Positions 40,428 to 50,389 of a DNA stretch of 64,000 bases are shown here, in pieces; positions within the stretch are counted from its first letter, which is position 1; each line of letters begins with the position of its first letter. This DNA is from Obrimoposthia wandeli. Lineage: Eukaryota. The notes beneath the pieces are model-generated. The model was not told where the DNA came from and made no database searches. It saw only the letters and a program-made list of their open reading frames with translations. Where the stretch lies: NCBI GenBank assembly GCA_977020255.1, contig CDROCS010001038.1:1-64000 (forward strand), read 5' to 3'. A program made the translations under genes and the position numbers.

Positions 40428-40665
40428 TTTGCAAATATTGTTCCTTCAACTTTCTTAGATTTGTTTATATTAATTTTTTGCTTCTTTTTACGTTTAAATC
40501 CACCACCTTCTTTGCTTTCATCTGATTTACCTTTTCTAATAAAATTAGTAACGGCAGGTAAAACATTAAAAACATCAAGTTCATTAAGTGCATGCTTCTT
40601 AAAAGTTTGTATTAGTTTATTGTCTTTAGATGAAAGGTAGTCCTTTCCTAAATTTGATACAAATC
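40424..40665 (-). pseudogene. 3' part of the basic core-like protein gene (element A)
   Basis: GKDYLSSKDNKLIQTFKKHALNELD...EGGGFKRKKKQK, homologous to 52738-53115. Confidence 0.75.
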
Positions 40666-40667
40666 TC

Positions 40668-40865
40668 TAGAGTCTGGATAATCAAAATTTCTCAATCCCA
40701 ATATCATAACTTTACCACTGGAAAATATATTTACTCATAGCGGTTTAAACTTCAAATAACTGGGAGCAGGAAAGATTTCCGGTTCAAACATGCATTCTTC
40801 TTTTATTTTCTCTGAAATATTATAAAGATTTATTGGTTTTCCGAGATTAGCTGATATTGAGATAA
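40668..40865 (-). pseudogene. Second, diverged copy of the TBP-like gene (C-terminal repeat)
   Basis: SISANLGKPINLYNISEKIKEECMFEPEIFPAPSYLKFKPL*VNIFSSGKVMILGLRNFDYPD; one premature stop; fused to the core gene by a deletion. Confidence 0.85.
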
Positions 40866-40964
40866 ACCATATAACATTTTTGAAGGTTTGGACACTTGAA
40901 ATTTAACCCTCGAAGGTTTTACACCCTTTTGAGAGAATCACAATCGAATAACCATATTAAAGAA

Positions 40965-41095
40965 TCAAAGAATCACCTCAAAGAACCATCTCAAAGAACC
41001 AACTCAAAAAATCACATTTGAAGAACCTTAAAAGAATCATCTCAAAGAACCATCTCAAAGAACAAACTCAAAGAAGCAGTTCAAAGAAGTATATT
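40965..41095. repeat. 13-bp tandem repeat (CTCAAAGAACCAT)n, about 10 degenerate copies
   Basis: Direct reading of the units CTCAAAGAACCAT, CTCAAAGAACCAA, CTCAAAGAAGCAG and similar. Confidence 0.8.
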
Positions 41096-41899
41096 TTAAG
41101 AGTGAGCTCATAACCATGTGCTCATCAGATTAAAAGACTTAGGGTTTATTCATGTTCTAAGCATGTGAAAGTTCCCATAGAAAAAACAGCATAGAAGAAC
41201 AAAGGACATCACGTGCACTTATGTTGAAAATAGTTGCAAATACTTGCAAATCACACAAAGACATCACGTGACATTTTCTGTCTTGTCTGTGTGAGTGTGT
41301 GATTTTCTCTTCCCTGTGGCACACTCTGAAACAAGGCAGATATTTTCTCTCTCTCTAATCGGATTGTGTGTGCGACCAATTGAAACAATCGATGCCTGAA
41401 TTACATCAGTATTGTACGATGATGGATTTATTTGATGCAGTTATTGTTGTTGATGCAGTGTTCAAGTTAGTTTTTTGTTATTCTTCTTTACTGAATTTCG
41501 AATATATGTTTGAAAGACACAGGTAGTGGGACTTATATCTATTGACATAATTATCGTGTGTGTTTTGAGCAATAAACCTTTTATGGACATCACTATTGAT
41601 AGAGTACAGAATTTGAAATGTTACTGATTATTGTGTGATTCAAGCAATGTGTGTATACCTTTTGTGGACATCATATTTTGACTGTTGCTATGCTATTAGT
41701 TATTCAAATGATCACAGCAAAATTTGATGTTCAATGAAGGGAATATGGTGCCACGTCATACATACAAACACGAGAAAATATCGTGTTCTGATTGGCTGAT
41801 TTGATTGGAGTTGTGTCTTTCAGGGTAAAGGCTTGAACTCATAGTGAGCAAATGAACTCACGTGATGTGCAAAAATGCACTATAGTAGAACTAAGAACA

Positions 41900-42075
41900 T
41901 GAGTCAAAACCTTGACCTCATGATGACCTTGAGCACATGTGCACTATAATAGAACAAAGGATATAAGTCATCGATGACCTACATTTTTAGCTCATGTGAC
42001 CTTGTCCTCACATGATCTTGACTTACTTTTTGACCTTGACCTTACATGACCTAACGAGGTCATGACCTTAACTTG
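41900..42075. promoter_or_regulatory. Cluster of TGACCT (nuclear-receptor half-site-like) motifs
   Basis: At least 7 TGACCT hexamers in about 175 bp, including TGACCTTGA, TGACCTTGACCT and the palindrome AGGTCATGACCT. Function not shown. Confidence 0.4.
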
Positions 42076-42419
42076 TTATCATACTGCCTGAGAGGCTTTG
42101 TTCCAGAAGTGCCACATTCATACTTAAGTGCACTTTAATGACACTCTATAAAGATAGCTGACATGCACATAAGGTTAAACTCCATAATTGATCATTTTGA
42201 ATAAATTTTATATTTTGTGATAACTTTCATTAATTTTGTCTCCCTATTATTACCTTCCTATTTATATAATATGTTCTGCTTTTAATTTATTTTTAATTAC
42301 TGGATAACAAATAGTATGTCAGTAACCTTCAAATATGATGGGATTTCTCCTGCCTGTACTCTACGTATGTATCGATAGTTCTTTCCAGAACTACGTTTAG
42401 GAGAATCGAAGATTGAAAT

Positions 42420-43740
42420 ATCTGAAATAAGTTGTTATTCGAGAATTTAGAAATCGAACACAAATAAATAAAAATTTAGCCATTAATTTATTAAATCAAT
42501 TTTGTATCTCTGGCATTATAATTTTCAATAAAGAAACCTTTTTACGTATACATTTTGCGGGCGCATATTAAAAAATCAAATACCAACTTTGAGTAGAAAA
42601 TCTTTTATTTCTTTAAACTTTCTATCTAACTTTCTAAAACCTTGATTACTCAAATTCAAAATTCAATTACAACTGTACCTTGGCGATGTCCACGCCAACC
42701 ATAATCCATACAATTTGAAAAGATAAAATGACCTTGGTTATTTCATCTTTTCAAACAACCTTTTAATACAAATACTTTTTATTATGTGCGTGGTAGTTAT
42801 ATTTAATAACTAATTACATATATTAAAATAATGATTGGATCCTAAACAAACCTCTTGGCTCCTAGTGGTAGTGAAAGAATACATTTCATATGTAAATTGT
42901 TACAAAATGAATCTATTTTCAATTCCAGTTTCAAAAATATTTATTGGCATCATGGTGTTGGAGACGAACGCGGTTTAACTCAAACAGAAGTTTGCAAGTT
43001 GAAGGGAATAAAATTTATTAAAGGACTTGAAGCCTATTGGTGCAAAAGATTGATTTCTTTTTTAATAATTATTGATAATTTGTATCAGGACGTTAACAAT
43101 GAATCGAACTTTAATAATTTATTTACAAAAATTGAAAAACATCATGAAGTAACAGTTATATTTATCACTCAAAATCTTTTTCACCAAAGAAGTCATCATA
43201 GAACAAGATTAAAAAATTAATTTTCAGTGCATTTTAAGAAGTTGATAGAAAAGCGTAAATGCAAAGTAAAAGCAAAGCCTAAAAGATCGAGAAACAAAAA
43301 CACAAAGAAAAAATAAGTTAATAAAAGAATCAAGTATGTAGGTAAGCAAAAACTGAAATGGCTTTGAATATAAACAATTTTAAACATGATCAAATATATG
43401 TTTTAATTATGAAAGTACAAAGAAGCATATCCTATTTAAAAGCTTTGATCAAAGCTTATCCTGATAAGATAATGAGTATTCTTAAAGCATTTCCATCTTT
43501 TGTTGTAGATGATTTATTAGAAGTTTTGTATAATACAGTTTTGGGTCGAGTAAAAATTTTGAAAACGGAAGAATGTATTAAATAAATATAGAAAAACCTT
43601 TTTAGGTATTGCTAATGTAAAAAGTAAAAAAAAGAAAACGAAACATTATTCTTAAACAGAATGTAGGCTTCATAGGGTCTGTACCACCAGTTGTTGCTTC
43701 AGTTATTAGCAGTATTATAGCTGCGACAGGGACATAAATA
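42420..43740 (+). pseudogene. Decayed Polinton ATPase and small basic protein module
   Basis: APSGSERIHFICKLL..., IIIDNLYQ, IFITQNLF and QRSISYLKALIKA...GFIGSVPPVVAS, homologous to 49624-50765. Confidence 0.8.
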
Positions 43741-44435
43741 ATTATTTTATAAAAGTTACCAACATATATGAGAAACAGTATGTTTTATTATAACAATTAA
43801 TTATTAGGTACAATCTGTTACGGGAATATGAAATTCTTGCTGAACTGTTATGAATCCTCTAATGTGAGCACTTTTATTGACTAACAAAAAGAGCACATAT
43901 GTTTCCAAAATATTTAGTTATAAACTGATTAATTCATTCTGCTTTATTATGTCATATTTAATAGGGACTAAACGTTTTGACAGTCAAACATGTACTATTA
44001 CTTTTAAGTGTGAAAAGCTATTTTCTTTGATGTGATAATACTGACACTTTTTAGCTATAAGCTTCTGCAGATGAAATTTCTACTTTTACTTAATATATAA
44101 AAATACGTTTTTTAATTTTAAATAAAATTGAAAGAAACGAAAAATTTATCAGAACATTTTAACTTATTTTATTCGAAGTAAATTTAAATTTTCAAGATTT
44201 AAAAAAGCATTAATTTTTCCAATCTAATTTCTTATAAAATTATATGTTTTTAAAATAATAGAAGCCATTTTTACTAATCCGATACTTTAAACAAGGAAAT
44301 AGGATATATATAGATTTTTCTTTGCCATAGTGGTAAGTATGATAGCATGTTTCAATATTTATTTAAAAAAAAGAGGAAAAAAATTATCTTACATAAATTA
44401 AAATTATCATATATTTCATGTGCAAAGTCGCCCAG

Positions 44436-45095
44436 TTACAAAGCGGTGCCCCTTTCCAGATTTTCATTCAGCTCTGCAGTGAATCTTTCATAGCATTTCT
44501 CGAGCTGGTCATTGAATCTTTTGTTTTTCTCATTGACGTATGTCACCATTGAGTCGGGGTCAAATCTACTGCGGCGATTTTTGGCTTTCACTCTTCAGTT
44601 TCTGTTGTTTTATGTCCTCACTCAGTGCCTTTAATTTTTCCTTACTGTCCATCTTCCGAAAAGATAACATGGAACATCCTTGAATTTTACCGTACATTTT
44701 CAATTTCTCTTTTTCTCTATGATAAGCCTCCAAATTTGGCTTTATATTGGATGTTAGTCTCACATACTTCTTGTATGAAGAATACTCAAAATCCAGGGGA
44801 TTCTCAGCATTTTTTTTCTCTTGAGGTTCTGTTTCTTGTGAAATTTATTTGCAACATAAATCGGCATGTTGAGATTTCTAACTCGTTCTGGGTCAGCTCC
44901 CTTCTCTCTGCACTCATCCTTGAAGGTATCCTTTTCTTCTTCCCGCTGCAGTCTACGCCGCTTATTCTCTCAATTTTCTGGAAGATTCTTTTTCTTGTGA
45001 TCTTCAATTACGACTTTGTGGTTCAATGCTCTTGCCAAATTTAACTTCAATTCCAGTTCTCTTAATTTCTCCAGCTTCTCCTCTATGAAATTCAT
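44436..45095 (-). pseudogene. SYF2: Pre-mRNA splicing factor SYF2, intronless, with one nonsense codon and two frameshifts
   Basis: MNFIEEKLEKLRELE..ARALNHK..LPEN*ENK..; KYVRLTSNIKPNLEAY; C-terminus YVNEKNKRFNDQLEKCYERFTAELNENLERGTAL*, compared with SYF2 [34 protein letters not shown]. Both frameshifts fall in A-runs. Confidence 0.88.
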
Positions 45096-45582
45096 GATCA
45101 GTTTAATTTTTCAATTTAGATTATATAGAAAGGATTTTATAAACAAATTTGTTTAATGTTTAAAGTTTAGACTAAATGTCATTAAATTGTACCGTGCAAC
45201 AAAAATAAAATTAATTTTGTTTGTGAATAGTGGGATGTGATGACTTGAGAATTGAAATTGGTACCTTGGACATCTGTTTCGATTTTTTGGTGAATATTTT
45301 TGAGTTTTTTTTTAAAAAAGTTGAAAATATCTACTATTCAGATTGATCTTTCAACCCATCATCCCCACTGCCAAGGTAATTGTCAAGGTCATGTTAAGAT
45401 TAAAACTATCTACTCAATTTGAAATTTAAATTAAAATATTCAGCACATTTTCAAAATAATAATTTCATATTTTGTGATATTTTAAAATCAATTTCAAACC
45501 CCTATTTTACAGACTACTTTTTGTCCGCACATATATGCATAAGTTTACAATGTTTCAACAGATACTTATTAAATACACTGTC

Positions 45583-45680
45583 AGTAGGTGGATGTGTCCG
45601 GTCTAATTCACACCCCCTCCCACCCCCCTACTGTCCTTTAAAACCGTGCATGTGTGTGGAGTGAAATTTCGTGTAGGTGT
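45583..45680 (+). repeat. Left terminal inverted repeat of element B
   Basis: About 90-100 bp imperfect inverted match to 62815-62901. Confidence 0.92.
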
Positions 45681-46219
45681 GTGGAGTGAAATTTCGTGTA
45701 TGTGTGTCTCCATTCCACCCAAAGGGGGAAGGAAGGGGGCACCCCCCTACTGTCCTTTAAAACCGAACATGTGTGAGGAGTGAAAATTCGTGTATGTGTG
45801 TCTTCATCCCACCCAAAGGAAGGAGGAAGGGGGTACCCCCTCCCGCACCACACTTTTAAAAAATTTTACCACGAATCTCAAAAGTGGTTAGAGAAGACCA
45901 CGAGAATCCATATTGACCCCGGCGGCTTTTCGCAGACGAGATTTCAAATATTACTACTTTTTTTAAGAAAGATTTTAGATTAATAAATTACTACATGTTA
46001 AATATCTATGTCAGTTTTAGAATTTAGAGGAGAAAAATCGGTCAGATCTATATAATTTAGAGGAGAAAAAAACAAAATACGAGACAAAATTATTTTTCAA
46101 AATATTTATTAATCATAAAACAACATATTGGCTTCACTCAAAGTCCAGAGAGGCTGCATTTTCCAGTCATCAGAAATATCTATTGAGACGTATTGAGATA
46201 TTCCATAGTTCTTCATCTA

Positions 46220-47651
46220 TACCTTTTCAAATTCAATATGGGAATAGTCAAATTCAATATGGGAATAGTCAAATTCATTATGGGAATAGTCAAATTCATT
46301 ATGGGAATAGTAAAAGGCATTATGAAAATTTACAAAGGTATTATAAAAATAAAATTTAGTCCAGCTCAATTTATTAATATAAAAATAAAAATTAGTCCAG
46401 CTCAATTTATTAATATAAAAATAAAAATTAGTCCAGCTCAATTTATTAATAGGTCATGTTGACCATATTCAATGCATCCGGCAGTAATCTTTGAATAGAT
46501 GCAATGAAATTGTTGCAAACAAATGGAGTAATTTCAGCCAAAGCGGCAGAAACAAACCCTTCAAGCTTCTGAAGACGAAACTCGGTTGTTGTAAGAGCTC
46601 CTTGCCCATTTCCTCGTAAAATTCCGGGCATTTCAACGGCTAACCTCCTTTCCACAGATGCTTTAATTTTGAACCAAGCATGCTCTATGGGGTTTAACAT
46701 AGGACTATAAGGCGCCAGCCTTAAAATCACATTTCCCTCAAACTCGGCCTCGCCAAGAACATCCTGTATTCTGGAATGGCAAGGCGCATTGTCAATTACC
46801 AAGACAACCTTGCTTTGGTGTAATTGCATGCCTTTCCTTAAACACACCCTGATCCATTCATTAGCTGCGTCCATCCTGAACGATCCCCTTTTTATCTCAT
46901 GGTGTACCATGCCCAGTGGCCCTATACATCCTATTAGATGTACATTAGCCCCTCTCGACCCACTGGTGACCACTGTACACCTGGTTCCCCTCCTTGATCT
47001 TCCTTCTTTCCTGGAGATGTGAATATTAAAATTCGTTTCATCCATAAAAAGAATTGGAAGGGTACCTGACTGGTGGTTTAAAAGATCAACTGCGAACAGC
47101 CTTCTTTTTTCTTTATTCTCAAGACAATTCTCCCTTTCAGGTTCATAACGTATTGCCTTGAGAGTATAAAGATGTGCGTCAAGGTGTAGACGCACGCATT
47201 CTTTGGTAACTTCCAAATCATACTCACCTCTGAGAAGTGCTGTCAACTCCTCGAGGGAAACCCTGGGATTTTTTTCAATCTCATTTATCATAAATGATTC
47301 ATGAGTTTCAAAAATCTTTTGGACACGAACTCCCCCTCTTGCGTCTTGTACATCACCGGTTTTAATCCACCTATAATAGGTACTGGACTTTACACCTAAT
47401 GTTTCAGCCAAAGCCCTCCAATCCCCGCCGGATGCATAAACTGCAAGGATCTGTGCTCTCTTTTCCTTGGTCTCATCTTTCTTGATTCTAGGATTAGGCA
47501 TTTAAGGGTTTTTTTATATTTTTAATGATTTCTGATTAATAATTTATTTATATTTAAATAATGTTCCCATATTGAATTTGACTATTCCCATATTGAATTT
47601 GACTATTCCCATATTGAATTTGACTATTCCCATATTGAATTTGAAAAGGTA
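46220..47651 (-). mobile_element. Intact IS630-Tc1-mariner transposon, 1432 bp, TA duplication
   Basis: TIRs TACCTTTTCAAATTCAATATGGGAATAGTC at both ends, flanked by TA at 46218-46219 and 47652-47653. 21-bp subterminal repeats at both ends. Confidence 0.95.
46446..47501 (-). CDS. DD35E transposase, 351 aa
   Basis: N-terminal HTH, FMDETNF, VIDNAPCH, PYSPMLNPIE. 35 residues lie between the second D and the E. Uninterrupted ORF. Confidence 0.95.
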   Translation of the reverse strand: MPNPRIKKDETKEKRAQILAVYASGGDWRALAETLGVKSSTYYRWIKTGDVQDARGGVRVQKIFETHESFMINEIEKNPRVSLEELTALLRGEYDLEVTKECVRLHLDAHLYTLKAIRYEPERENCLENKEKRRLFAVDLLNHQSGTLPILFMDETNFNIHISRKEGRSRRGTRCTVVTSGSRGANVHLIGCIGPLGMVHHEIKRGSFRMDAANEWIRVCLRKGMQLHQSKVVLVIDNAPCHSRIQDVLGEAEFEGNVILRLAPYSPMLNPIEHAWFKIKASVERRLAVEMPGILRGNGQGALTTTEFRLQKLEGFVSAALAEITPFVCNNFIASIQRLLPDALNMVNMTY

Positions 47652-48063
47652 TAGAATTGGAGCAATCAAATATCCTAGATCATCTTTAAAATCCAGACCG
47701 GGATCAGTTTCAAGCTGGAAACAATTTCCTTCATATACATAATCAGGAATGTAAAATCCCAAAATATCTTTCAATTGATCAATATCAGTTGTTGTTAAAA
47801 TTTCGATGAGATATTTATTCTGCACTTTTGATATTTTCACAGGATTCATAACTCGTATAATTTGATGCCTCTTTAATATATTACATAGTTTTCCTTTTGA
47901 AATTCTTTCTGGATAATAAAAATTTGCTACACATCTAAGGAAACTGATTAAAAACAATGTTTATAAAAAAATACATATAAGATACAAATAAGATACAAAT
48001 AAAACTGATTATTAAATGAAAGAAACACAGTAAAACCGATTACAATTTATTACACGCAAAAAG

Positions 48064-48540
48064 TTAAAACATAGAAATATGAGCACGTTCAATTTTTCAC
48101 ATAGGCAACTTCGTTCCCATTTCATCTGTCTTGTAACCATAAAGTCGAATTGTTAGAGTCCATTGCTTCTTTTTCGGAAACGCATCAATATCAACATATC
48201 TTCCATAGTCATCTAGAAATGCTTCATCGGCTCCTCGGATATAAAATTCGTTCTTATTGAAAGTAAAATTCGGAACTGCCTTTTCAACTTTCTGTTTAAG
48301 ATATTGAAATTCAGGTTTTTGAATATTTGATAGATAGTAGCTGAACTTTCTTCTTTCAATTGTCACAGGATTTACTAAAGCAATCAGTTGAGCCTTCTTC
48401 AAGAATCTGACTTTGTATTTGAAATATTGTTTCACTTCTTCATACATATCCTTATACGATTCTTCAAATATTTCTTCGTCATCGCTTAATACCCGTAGGC
48501 TATCGTCCATCGTTGATAATTGTCTTTGATATGCATGCAT
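48064..48540 (-). CDS. Unknown Polinton gene B (147-aa ORF; probable true end at 48064 past a TGA in place of Trp)
   Basis: After LPM* the same frame continues KIERAHISMF*. TATAAAAG lies about 35 nt upstream. Aligns with gene A. Confidence 0.65.
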
Positions 48541-48789
48541 TTACTGTGATTTGTCCTCCAATGGCGCATTCTTTTATACTAATTTCTAACAAAGACATGA
48601 ATCTCATTGGTTAATATAACTAAAGCATTGAATTTGATTGGACTAAATCTATATTAAAAATCAAAATTGATTGGAAGAAATATATCATCCAATTATAATA
48701 GGTTTGCAAGATAATTACAAGAAACGTGCAATAAAAAAGCAGGTTCAGACATATATAAAGAAGATTTTACAGAATACAATTTCAGTCTA
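48541..48789. promoter_or_regulatory. Divergent promoter region with a TATA box in each direction and CCAAT boxes
   Basis: Minus-strand TATAAAAG at about 48571-48578; ATTGG at 48606, 48637 and 48670; CCAAT at 48689; plus-strand TATATAAAG at 48752-48760. Confidence 0.55.
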
Positions 48790-49300
48790 ATGAAACTCGT
48801 AAATATAAATTATAAAGGTAGAACAGAAGATGATGTTTCGTACTTACCATTCAATGAATGGAAGCCGAGACAATATGTGGAAAAGTTTGACAATTTTACA
48901 GTTGTTATTTTTCCTACAGGTTAGTTTTTTATTTTCATATTGAATTCTTTTTGGAAATTGTCGTGTTATGGGATGCAAAATACCAATACTTGGGTTCAAT
49001 TTACCATTTGGAATTCGAATCACTGCAATACAATCAATCACAATTTCGGCTAATCTTGGGAAACAGATAAATCTTTTAAAAACTGCAGATAAAATGAAAG
49101 AAGAATGCATGTTTGAACCAGAAATTTTTCCTGCTCTCAGTTATTTGAAGTTTAAACCGCTATGTGTAAATATATTTTCCAGTGGTAAAGTTATGATATT
49201 GGGATTGAAAAATTTTGATTATCCAGACATTGTTGATTTGATTTTAGAAAATATATCTTATTACATCTTGTTATCTTTTTCTATAAACAAACCCGTTTAA
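48790..49300 (+). CDS. TATA-binding-protein (TBP)-like protein, two exons (48790-48919, 48954-49300), about 158 aa
   Basis: Repeat 2: IQSITISANLG..FEPEIFPALSYLKFKPLCVNIFSSGKVMILGLK, compared with TBP [41 protein letters not shown]. Repeat 1: KLVNI..TVVIFPTGNCRVMGCK, joined in frame by a 34-nt GT-starting intron whose acceptor reads TG instead of AG. Confidence 0.85.
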
Positions 49301-49314
49301 ACTTATTGTTTCAA

Positions 49315-49494
49315 ATGAATAATACTATAAATAGAGACAATGAAGTGGATCGTCTCGCCGACGAAATATTTTCTGGAAAAATTAGGGGTAAAGAAATTTT
49401 ATCAGAATTAAAAAATAATGATATAACAAGAGATAACATTGAAATAACATTAGATCACACGTTATTCGAGAATTTAGAAATCGTACACAAATAA
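49315..49494 (+). CDS. Small unknown Polinton ORF (59 aa)
   Basis: MNNTINRDNEVDRLADEIFSGK...LFENLEIVHK. Its 3' end is conserved at about 42430-42465 and 63495-63525. Confidence 0.5.
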   Translation: MNNTINRDNEVDRLADEIFSGKIRGKEILSELKNNDITRDNIEITLDHTLFENLEIVHK

Positions 49495-49623
49495 ATAAAA
49501 TTATAGCCAAATATTCATTAATTAATTTTTGTATTTCATCTACAATAACTCTAACATTGTACATTTCAATAAGGAAACTTCTATGATAATATAAACAATA
49601 TTAAAAATAAAAGAGTATATGCA

Positions 49624-50258
49624 ATGGAGCTAAATAATAATGCTGTATTTCAAATAGTTGGCCCTAGTGGAAGGGGAAAGACACATTTCGTCTGTAAATT
49701 GTTGCAAAATGAATCTCTTTTCAAATATAGTTTCAAAAATATTTATTGGCATCATGGTGGAGGTTAACCAAAACAGAAGTTTGCAAGTTGAAGGGTATAA
49801 AATTTTTTGAAGGATTTGATGCAAATTGGTGTGAAAGATTGAAAAAAGAAGATGTAATAATAATTTATGATTTGTATGAGGAGGCTAACAAGGAATCGGA
49901 CTTTAATAATTTATTTACAAAGATTGCAAGACATCGTGAAGTAACAGTTATATTTATCACTCAAAATCTGTTTCACCAAGGAGGTCACCATAGAACAAGA
50001 AATCTTAATGTACATTACTTAGTTTTATTTAAAAATCCTAGAGATCAAACAGTTGTTGATTATGTGGCCAGACAGGCATTTCCTCAAAATAAGAACTTTC
50101 TAGTTGATTCATTCCACGATGCTGCTAAACAAGCACATGGGTATATATTTATTGACTTTACACAAGCTTGCCCAGATGATTTACGTGTTTTAACAGACAT
50201 ATTTAATTCTAAGGGAGTAACTGTTTATAAACAAATAGAGAACAATTATAAAAAATAA
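49624..50258 (+). pseudogene. FtsK/A32-like packaging ATPase, frameshifted near 49765
   Basis: Walker A GPSGRGKT, IIIYDL, IFITQNLF, RTRNLNVHYLVLFKNPRD. A short deletion relative to the 42855 and 63600 copies shifts the frame. Confidence 0.92.
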
Positions 50259-50389
50259 ATTCGCAATGCCTTTTACAAAGTTGATAGTAAAACGTAAAGT
50301 AAAATCTAAGAAATCAAAAAAAAGAATCATTAAGAAAAAAGAAGTAAAAAAATAATTCAAATCTGTAGTTAGAAATAAAAAAAATTTAA

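Larger units (their letters stand above)
30160..40870 (+). mobile_element. Rearranged, decayed Polinton/Maverick (element A), inverted relative to element B
   Basis: Starts with the terminus AGTAGGCGGATATGTACGGTCTAAT, homologous to the element B TIR. Contains the spliced leader, two pPolB copies on +, and protease, MCP, core-protein and TBP-like remnants on -. The other end was not found. Confidence 0.85.
46095..47957 (-). pseudogene. Unknown Polinton gene A, split by the Tc1 insertion; paralog of the 48097-48540 gene
   Basis: Removing 46220-47653 joins GYLIAPIL to DEELWNISIRLNRYF in frame. Confidence 0.7.

Noticed and set aside
40377-40640. Hydrophobic membrane-protein-like ORFs here and at 50190, 50463 and 52917
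   Set aside because: They are antisense translations of Lys-rich Polinton genes.
44566-45044. Three separate small ORFs (44566, 44625, 44804)
   Set aside because: They are fragments or antisense shadows of the frameshifted SYF2 sequence.
46193-46462. ORFs with repeated peptides (FNMGIVK, INIKIKISPAQF)
   Set aside because: These are translations of the 21-bp and 36-bp subterminal repeats of the transposon.
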